32,000 nt of DNA from Candidatus Methylomirabilis limnetica. Its GTDB lineage: Bacteria > Methylomirabilota > Methylomirabilia > Methylomirabilales > Methylomirabilaceae. The translations under genes were made by a program, and so were the position numbers. Shown one piece after another: positions 25,794 through 32,000 of the stretch. The notes under the pieces are model-generated. The model saw only the letters and a list, made by a program, of their open reading frames with translations, was not told the origin of the DNA and did not search any database. Where the stretch lies: contig NZ_NVQC01000036.1 of NCBI RefSeq assembly GCF_003044035.1, positions 30,001 to 62,000 on the forward strand, read 5' to 3'. Within the stretch, counting starts at the first letter, position 1. Each line of letters begins with the position of its first letter.

Positions 25794-27392
25794 CTATGAG
25801 CCTGCTCGCCGGAGGCGAGGTATCTTTGGATCGCGCTGGGCGGCGCTCAAATGGGTCAGCGTCTCCTTTCCGACGATCCCGTCGGCCATGAGCGACCGAC
25901 TACGCTGGAAGGCGATCACCCGGGCACGGAGGTCGTTGTCGAAGACCTGGCGATTCCGTCCTCCTCCGGGGACGCCGTCGAACTCGGCGAACTGCTCTCG
26001 CACCCACTCCACGTCCTTGCCGCGCGTGCCCGGCCTGATGGGAACCGAGCTCAACACGGGCGCCTTCCAGAGGAGAATGAACGGACCATCCCAGTAGAGG
26101 TCGATCTCGCTCAGCGGGAACACGTGCCGCCGCCCCCCGACGTCGAGGGTCGCGTTCTGCTCGTCTAGGGCCACCACCGTGGCATACCGACGATCTCCCG
26201 CCGGCGTCGACAGCTCGATGATGGCCGGCAGGTTAAATCGCCGGAGCTTGCCCCACGAGCCCGTCTTGAAGAGACACTGAAGTCCTTCGGAGCGACCGCG
26301 CTCGCAGTCGAGGTTGTCCATGGAGCCGTCGACGTCAAGGCGCCAGCTCGCATAGAGGCTGGCGAAGGCCGACTGCCTGTCTGCGCGTAGTGAGGGATCC
26401 GAGAGGAGCGCCGATAGTATAGCGGACGTCGGGGTCGGATTCATCGCACTCGGGATCACGGCACGCCGGATCAACCGAGCCTGCCCCTGAGTGACGAGCA
26501 CCCAAGTGCCGGTGACGAGCACTACGACGAGCACCGCTGCGCCCACCCACTGCCATCGACGCGCGGACCGCGGCGTGAGCGTCTCACCGAGCACCTCGCT
26601 CGCCGCGCGGCGCACCGTGGCGGCCATGACACGACGTTGGTCTTGCGTGTATGCCCCGAGCAGCGCGCGGTCGCAGATGGCGTTGATCAGCCGCGGGATG
26701 CCGCGCGCCGCCCCGTGCACTGAGCGCATCGCCGCATCGGTGAAGATCTTTTTCTTCTGGCCGGCGATCTGGATTCGATGAACGATATAAGCTCGCGTGT
26801 CGTCCTCGGAGAACGCCAGCAGGTGATAGCGCGCGGTGACCCGCTGGGCCAATTGCCGGAGCTCTTCCTTGTCGAGCAATCGGATCAGCTCCGGCTGGCC
26901 GATGAGGATGATCTGCAGCAGCTTCTGGGTTGGGGTCTCGAGATTCGTCAGCAGCCGGATCTGCTCCAGGACATCGGTGGCGAGGTCCTGCGCCTCGTCG
27001 ACGATGAGCACCGTGCGACGCCCCTGCGCGTGCGCATCGAGCAGGTGTCGGTAGAGCGCGTCGACGAAGAGCTTCCCGCTGGTCGTGCCGGCGGGATACG
27101 AGATACGGAGCTCGTCGCACACCGCAGCGAGCAGCTCGATATCCGTGAGCCGCGGATTGAGGATGAGAGCCACGTCCACGCGGGGCGGCAGTTGCTCCAG
27201 CAGACACCGGCAGAGTGTCGTCTTCCCTGTTCCAACCTCGCCGGTAAGCTGCACGAATCCGCCGCCTTCTCCGACCCCGTAGAGAAGGTGTGCCAGGGCT
27301 TCACGGTGACGCTCACTCATGTAGAGATAGCGCGGATCGGGCGTCATGGAGAACGGGACCTCGGTGAGGCCGAAATGCGTCGTATACATCAT
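25794..27392 (-). CDS. gspA: GspA/ExeA-like AAA+ ATPase with a C-terminal peptidoglycan-binding domain
   Basis: 532 aa. FGLTEVPFSMTPDPRYLYMSERHREALAHLLYG, Walker A GEVGTGKT, Walker B LIVDEAQDL, a TM segment, and a C-terminal PG_binding_1-like ...DLRARVIAFQRSRSLMADGIVGKETLTHL. Confidence 0.88.
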   Translation of the reverse strand: MMYTTHFGLTEVPFSMTPDPRYLYMSERHREALAHLLYGVGEGGGFVQLTGEVGTGKTTLCRCLLEQLPPRVDVALILNPRLTDIELLAAVCDELRISYPAGTTSGKLFVDALYRHLLDAHAQGRRTVLIVDEAQDLATDVLEQIRLLTNLETPTQKLLQIILIGQPELIRLLDKEELRQLAQRVTARYHLLAFSEDDTRAYIVHRIQIAGQKKKIFTDAAMRSVHGAARGIPRLINAICDRALLGAYTQDQRRVMAATVRRAASEVLGETLTPRSARRWQWVGAAVLVVVLVTGTWVLVTQGQARLIRRAVIPSAMNPTPTSAILSALLSDPSLRADRQSAFASLYASWRLDVDGSMDNLDCERGRSEGLQCLFKTGSWGKLRRFNLPAIIELSTPAGDRRYATVVALDEQNATLDVGGRRHVFPLSEIDLYWDGPFILLWKAPVLSSVPIRPGTRGKDVEWVREQFAEFDGVPGGGRNRQVFDNDLRARVIAFQRSRSLMADGIVGKETLTHLSAAQRDPKIPRLRRAGS

Positions 27393-27725
27393 GTGACGTG
27401 GAAGGGGGCTGCGCTGCCCTTCCTCACCTTCCCCCGCGAGAATCGGAGAGGATGTCGTCGGCCGTCTTCGGCGGACAACGACGGCGTTGCGCCGGCGGAG
27501 CCGTCACCCGACCATCCCTCATTATTCAGCTTGCTGATAGCTGACATCTGATCATCGATGTGATAAGGCATTGCTTTCGATGACTGGAAGTAACTAATCC
27601 GCCCTCCTGGGAGTCCACATTACGGAGGCAACGATCCGGCTAACGATGAGTTCAGCGGGCGGCGTTTACGCCATCCCTGGAATGATTTGTTTGGCACATC
27701 CTCTTTGTGTATCAAACCTCAATGG

Positions 27726-27741
27726 TCGCTGTCCCTATTTT
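27726..27741 (+). repeat. Solo REP motif TCGCTGTCCCTATTTT
   Basis: Same core and orientation as 24962-24977, 28430-28445 and 30594-30610. It lies 8 nt downstream (minus sense) of the stop at 27749. Confidence 0.7.
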
Positions 27742-27748
27742 AAGAACT

Positions 27749-28096
27749 TTATCGTCTTTGGCGCGGTGTCTTGCCAGGCTGACACTGAGGATCAGGATTT
27801 GCGGATCGCTGTTTCAATAGCTCGCTAATCGTTCCCCTGAGCTTCATACATTGGATCGCAGTGTCGATGAATGGCTGGGCCAGTTTTGACGAGCCCGCTC
27901 TGGCCACCTGATCCGCGCCTTGATTGGCGGTAGCGGCCATCCCCTCATAGATACAGTAACGCTGGGTCAGCACCTGGGTGGTCATACCCTTCAGTTCAGC
28001 ATACTCCACATGGCAATTCTCGGCCGCCGCTGAGACTCCGGGCAAAAAGGCGAGTAGTACGCCAAACGCGACACTTGCGCGTACAACGATTCGCAT
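27749..28096 (-). CDS. Small secreted protein, 4 Cys, unknown function
   Basis: 115 aa from ATG 28096, preceded by a strong SD AGGAGGT with a 6-nt spacer. Signal peptide MRIVVRASVAFGVLLAFLPGVSA|AAEN. The mature ~92 aa has 4 Cys and a single His (ENCH). I recognise no family. Confidence 0.65.
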   Translation of the reverse strand: MRIVVRASVAFGVLLAFLPGVSAAAENCHVEYAELKGMTTQVLTQRYCIYEGMAATANQGADQVARAGSSKLAQPFIDTAIQCMKLRGTISELLKQRSANPDPQCQPGKTPRQRR

Positions 28097-28429
28097 GGCC
28101 TTACCTCCTGCCGGATCCGATCCGACTGCTATCTGGCCCATAGATATTTACTGTCCCACCTTGTACCTTGCCATAGCCGACACTCCGCCACCTGGCTGTG
28201 CCAGGGCAATACCCTTGACAAAGTCGCCGCAGCGGTCATAAACGGCCATGTGCCCGGGCCAGCCCGGGCGGCTACCGTCCGGTGGGGGCGGCATCGAGGT
28301 CTCAGAATGGCTGTTGTGTTCACTGGGCACGGAGAGAGCGAGTGGAGACCCCTCTAATGCTTCCTATCGTCAAAAGCGTGGCGGCTGATTTTTACTTTCG
28401 GCGTTCTTATATTTTCTCATTTTTAATTG

Positions 28430-28453
28430 TCGCTGTCCCTATTTTCCTATTTT
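28430..28453 (+). repeat. Solo REP motif TCGCTGTCCCTATTTT with a duplicated CCTATTTT
   Basis: Lies about 20 nt downstream (minus sense) of the PQQ dehydrogenase stop, in an A/T-rich tract. Confidence 0.7.
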
Positions 28454-28467
28454 CCTGAGAAAAGACG

Positions 28468-30279
28468 CTAGTTTTCCGGTAAGCCAAATGCGATGACCGC
28501 GTCCCCCAGCGGAAACTGGAACTTCTGGTGCCCCCCGGCAGCTACCACTATAAATTGCTTTCCACCCGCCTTGTAAATGACCGGCGGCGCATTAACACCG
28601 GCCCCCGTGTTGAACTGCCACAACAAGCTGCCGTCGCGTGCGTCACGGGCGGTAAATTGACCATTGCTTTCTCCCACAAACACCAATCCCCCCGCGCTCG
28701 TCGCTACCCCTCCTACCAGGGGTTTATCGGTGTGTACCTGCCATTGAATCTTTCCGGAAGCGGGATCGATGGCACTTAACCTGCCCGTACCGGACTCCTC
28801 GGCGCTGGTTGCTGTAACGTAGATGTCGCTTAATCCCGGCTTACGCTTTTCAGGTGGTACATCGTGTACGGTGTATTTAGTCGGCATGTGCACCGCCGCG
28901 ACATAGATCCAACCGGTCTGCGGGTTATAGGCGGCGGGAGACCAGTCGTTACCCCCGACCAAACCAGGGGAAATCACGATCCCATCCCGTGTCGGGCGCC
29001 GGAAAATATTATGCTGTGGCACGAACGGCTCTGACCGTGATAACAACTTACCGGTCAGGCGGTTGAGGACATACAGCCAACCAGTCTTGCCGGCCTGGGC
29101 CACGGCAGGCGTGAGACGGCCGTTATGCATGGTATCGATGAGGATCGGAGGGCTTGCCACATCATAGTTCCACACATCGTGAGGAACCTCCTGGAAGTAC
29201 CATTTCAGCTGGCCGGTCCGGGCATCCAGGGCAACCAGCGAAGACGTGTAGAGATTGTCGCCGGGACGGGTAGAGTCATCCATTTGCGGCGCCGGATTGC
29301 CGGTGCCGACATAAAGCAACCCCGCGGCCGGATCCAGAGCGGGATGGGTCCACACCGAACCACCACCTCTCTTCCAGGCATCTGCGTATTTGGGCAGTGC
29401 GGCTTTCTCCGCTTTCAGGTCGCGTTCCAGCGAGTCACCCGCAGCGGTCTGGCCAGAGAATTTTCCTTCCCAACCCTGCGTGGGTGTGGAATACCAGCGC
29501 CAGCGCAACTTTCCGCTGCCGGCGTCATATGCTGATACAAAAGCCCGCAGACCCTGGTCTTCCCCGGCAATCCCTACCACCGCATGCGGATCACCTCCCG
29601 TGGTTGCCCTCAGCGTGAGGCCGTACCCGGCGCCAGTGACGCCAATGATCACCTGTCCATCAAATACCAGCGGTGCCATGTTTCCGGAAAAACCTGTCCA
29701 GCCGATGACTTTCCATGTTTTCAAGGTATCGGCCTCCGCCAGAAAATCCAGCGACTCCCGCGCGCCGGCGTTGGGATCCGCAACCGGCACATCCCATAGT
29801 ACGGCCCCGGTGTTCATGTCGAGAGCGATCAGGCGGGCGTCGACGGTAATCATGTAAATCTTACCGTAACCCATCGCCACACCACGATTAGTAGGCCCAC
29901 AACACAATTCCTCTGTCGTGAGCTTGTGCTCGTAACGCCATTTCATCTTCCCAGTCACGGCGTCCAGGGCAACGACGTGGTTATAGGGTGTGCTGAGGTA
30001 CATGATCCCGTCGGCAATCAGCGGATTGGTTTGAAACGTGCCCGGTATCCCGGTCTGGTAGATCCAGCGGGGGACCAGCCGTTTCACGTTATCGCGATTA
30101 ATGTCATCAAGTTCAGAGTACCGTTGATTACTGTAGCCATGTCCATAGGTCAACCAGTTACTGTTATCGGTATGCGCAGACAAGAGACGCTTGTCGTCCA
30201 CCCCGTCCGCGGCCATAGCTACTGCCACAAGATTAAAAACACCTACCCCAAATAGAAGGCAACGAAATAACGTCTTCAT
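28468..30279 (-). CDS. PQQ-dependent dehydrogenase, methanol/ethanol family (periplasmic 8-bladed propeller)
   Basis: 603 aa from ATG 30279 (AGGAGA upstream). Signal peptide MKTLFRCLLFGVGVFNLVAVAMA|ADG. Vicinal Cys pair ...EELCCGPTNRG..., NWLTYGHGYSNQRYS, GTGNPAP and PHDVWNYD motifs. Confidence 0.88.
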   Translation of the reverse strand: MKTLFRCLLFGVGVFNLVAVAMAADGVDDKRLLSAHTDNSNWLTYGHGYSNQRYSELDDINRDNVKRLVPRWIYQTGIPGTFQTNPLIADGIMYLSTPYNHVVALDAVTGKMKWRYEHKLTTEELCCGPTNRGVAMGYGKIYMITVDARLIALDMNTGAVLWDVPVADPNAGARESLDFLAEADTLKTWKVIGWTGFSGNMAPLVFDGQVIIGVTGAGYGLTLRATTGGDPHAVVGIAGEDQGLRAFVSAYDAGSGKLRWRWYSTPTQGWEGKFSGQTAAGDSLERDLKAEKAALPKYADAWKRGGGSVWTHPALDPAAGLLYVGTGNPAPQMDDSTRPGDNLYTSSLVALDARTGQLKWYFQEVPHDVWNYDVASPPILIDTMHNGRLTPAVAQAGKTGWLYVLNRLTGKLLSRSEPFVPQHNIFRRPTRDGIVISPGLVGGNDWSPAAYNPQTGWIYVAAVHMPTKYTVHDVPPEKRKPGLSDIYVTATSAEESGTGRLSAIDPASGKIQWQVHTDKPLVGGVATSAGGLVFVGESNGQFTARDARDGSLLWQFNTGAGVNAPPVIYKAGGKQFIVVAAGGHQKFQFPLGDAVIAFGLPEN

Positions 30280-30315
30280 TTCTCTCCTGCCTTGCAAGTT
30301 GTTGGTCTCTCGAAT

Positions 30316-30606
30316 ATAGGGACAGACACTCTTTATTGAAATCCTTTCTTGGTCTTCCCTTCTGCACCACGTGTATTACTCGTCCAGTTTCCTGCGCACC
30401 TCCCAGATGAACCCGTCTCTTTGCAGTGGCCGTTCTGTCATCGTGTGCCTTCGAATCGCTGTCGTTCCGAAAGATCGCCTGGCGATCATTCCCTCGTTGC
30501 GTCACATGATACAGGTGGCCGGACGCAACGGTTCGGAGAATCCGTGGCAGGCACGATCATGACCGCGGACAGCACGAATCGTCACAATAATAGTGTCTGT
30601 CCCTAT
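30316..30606 (-). mobile_element. Internally deleted Y1 (RAYT/IS200-like) transposase remnant with perfect 15-bp inverted REP termini, copy 2
   Basis: ATAGGGACAGACACT at 30316-30330 and its exact complement at 30592-30606. The minus strand reads PRILRTVASGHLYHVTQRGNDRQAIF... then ...GRVIHVVQKGRPRKDF. The start codon is mutated (CTG). Confidence 0.8.
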
Positions 30607-30724
30607 TTTTACTATTTTTTAATTTTTTACGAGCGTGTAGTTCACTTTATTTTCGATCTCACACTACAGCAACCAGGTGTTGATCGCCAACCCGGAGTTA
30701 CTGCCCTTCATTACGGCCTGATCT

Positions 30725-32000
30725 TCACCTTGTTTCGCAGTTTATTGCGGTCTGCTTCTCGCTGCGGCTCGAGATCAGGATCATCTGCTTGACGAATTCG
30801 ATGACTCGAGGATCGTCGATGTCGTTGTGCTCGTGGATCAGTTGCTCGTCGACGTAGACTACGAGATACGGGTTGCGACCCGCCGAGTTGGTGGTGCGTT
30901 CCAGCACCACGTCACCAAACGTGATCTTGCTGCCGGGCGCGTCGCAGACCCAATCAGCTCTGGAGCGCTCGAACATCTGGATGCTGTCGGCGGCGCTGGC
31001 GGCCTTGAGTTCCTCACGCTTGCGTTCCTCCGTCGGGTAGAGGTGGTGGGTACGATAGGGTTTGAAATGACCGACGGCGCGGACATTGGCGTCATGTTCG
31101 CTGATCGTTTCCGTCTGACCGGTCTCTGCATTTCGGCGCTGGCGATCGTGCGTTTTCTCGAAAATGGTCGAGAACCAGCGCCCGATCGGAAAGGCGTAAC
31201 GGGTTGCGGCATCGGCCTCGGAGGTCAGCACCAGCACGACCGGCAGTTGTGAGGAGAAATAGGTGCGCCGCTCGGCAGCCATGTCGCTCATCGGTGTAAA
31301 CAGGTTGGCCTCAAATGCCGGGTTAATCAGTACCACCAGGTTGCCGAATCCCTCGATGTCGCTCTTGCGGCCTGCCGGGCCGGTGGTCTGGACAAAGCGG
31401 TTTTCCAGAAACTGGGCCACCGCGGTCTGCATCACCGCGCCGCCAAAGCTGTGGCCGACGACCACGAGTTTGGTGTTACTGCTGCATAGCGTGTCGTCGT
31501 TTTTACTGACCGTACGATCGCGGCAGACTATGCTGTCCTTGGTGAGCTTGATATCCTCCAACTGGCTCAGGACCTCGGCGACCCCGCCGTACCCGACTTT
31601 CTGGGCGGTGTTTTTGCGGTCCCAGAAGGTGACGTTTTCGAGATATTTCACCGGCAACGAACCGCCGCGCCAGCCGAAGTAGATGCCGACCACCTGGCGG
31701 ACTGGGGTACCCGTTCTCTTGGCCAGAAGGGCCTCGGCATCGCTCAGGTTGGCCAATACGGCGCGGAAGGTGTTGATATTGGTATCACCAGGCGCGGCGC
31801 TGTGCTTCCAGCCGTGCACAAACACCACCATCAGCAGATCGCGGGTACCGGCCCCGGTCTGGAGTGTCGTCAGGACATCGCGCATCTGCCGGCGGTCCCA
31901 GAGCTGGCCCTGGTCGTCGAATTCAATGAATCCGAACAGGTAGCTGGAGCCGTTATTGCCTGGCAGTTGTTGCAGCGCGTGGGTTTCACACTCAGGCGTG
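30725..32000 (-). CDS. Alpha/beta-hydrolase fold protein (DUF900-like esterase/lipase), 5' end beyond the window
   Basis: The reading frame stays open upstream of the listed ATG (31885) to the window edge (...YLFGFIEFDDQGQLWDRRQMRDVL...). VVFVHGW oxyanion region and GHSFGG nucleophile elbow. Confidence 0.7.
   Translation of the reverse strand, partial: TPECETHALQQLPGNNGSSYLFGFIEFDDQGQLWDRRQMRDVLTTLQTGAGTRDLLMVVFVHGWKHSAAPGDTNINTFRAVLANLSDAEALLAKRTGTPVRQVVGIYFGWRGGSLPVKYLENVTFWDRKNTAQKVGYGGVAEVLSQLEDIKLTKDSIVCRDRTVSKNDDTLCSSNTKLVVVGHSFGGAVMQTAVAQFLENRFVQTTGPAGRKSDIEGFGNLVVLINPAFEANLFTPMSDMAAERRTYFSSQLPVVLVLTSEADAATRYAFPIGRWFSTIFEKTHDRQRRNAETGQTETISEHDANVRAVGHFKPYRTHHLYPTEERKREELKAASAADSIQMFERSRADWVCDAPGSKITFGDVVLERTTNSAGRNPYLVVYVDEQLIHEHNDIDDPRVIEFVKQMILISSRSEKQTAINCETR

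Noticed and set aside
25294-27551. Plus-strand ORFs 25294..26097 and 26778..27551, and minus-strand alternative-frame ORFs such as 26584..27207
   Set aside because: They overlap gspA/gspB, which have clear Walker and family motifs. The alternative frames are Arg/Pro/Ala-rich GC artefacts.
27389-27571. 60-aa ORF ending at the gspA start (ATGATGA overlap)
   Set aside because: Its N-terminal part (…QMSAISKLN…) is the translation of a family-F repeat unit. There is no SD before the ATG, and the rest overlaps a C/G hairpin. It is most likely a repeat-laden leader, not a gene.
27690-27706. TGGCAC...CTTTG resembling a sigma54 -24/-12 element
   Set aside because: The -12 TTGC is not matched at the correct spacing. 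The motif is on the plus strand with no downstream plus-strand gene.
28148-28330. 60-aa ORF (and the overlapping 28129..28323) between the PQQ dehydrogenase and the small secreted protein gene
   Set aside because: No SD before any candidate start, Pro/Gly-rich composition, and no recognisable motif (not PqqA-like). Treated as non-coding spacer.

Overview
GC-rich bacterial chromosome segment with two parts. (1) Positions 290-21728 are a conserved housekeeping block. Every gene is on the minus strand except tatA. Order by coordinate: DUF35 protein, thiolase, secA, M23 peptidase, prfB (with its programmed +1 frameshift), lnt, cdsA, frr, pyrH, tsf, rpsB, argJ, argC, rpsI, rplM, tatA (+), coaX, birA, valS. 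(2) From about 21.73 kb to the window end the region looks accessory. It holds an ABM monooxygenase; an antitoxin next to a decayed RelE/ParE-like toxin; a vapBC module; a 5'-truncated ABM gene fragment; and two internally deleted Y1 (RAYT-like) transposase remnants flanked by inverted REP termini. It also holds a GspA(ExeA)/GspB pair with no other secretion genes; a small secreted 4-Cys protein; a stand-alone PQQ-dependent dehydrogenase with an unusual active-site signature; and a partial alpha/beta hydrolase. Intergenic space throughout carries at least six families of short structured repeats, several of which produce spurious ORFs in the six-frame track. These include a 158-bp MITE with 13-bp TIRs and an 8-bp target-site duplication. 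I found no rRNA, tRNA or CRISPR array by eye. No single clearly novel multi-gene system is evident. The best leads are the PQQ dehydrogenase / secreted protein / GspAB cluster punctuated by REP motifs, the TatA zinc-ribbon fusion, and the 30-bp-IR-bounded toxin-antitoxin cassette. All homology calls come from motif recognition by eye, not from database searches.
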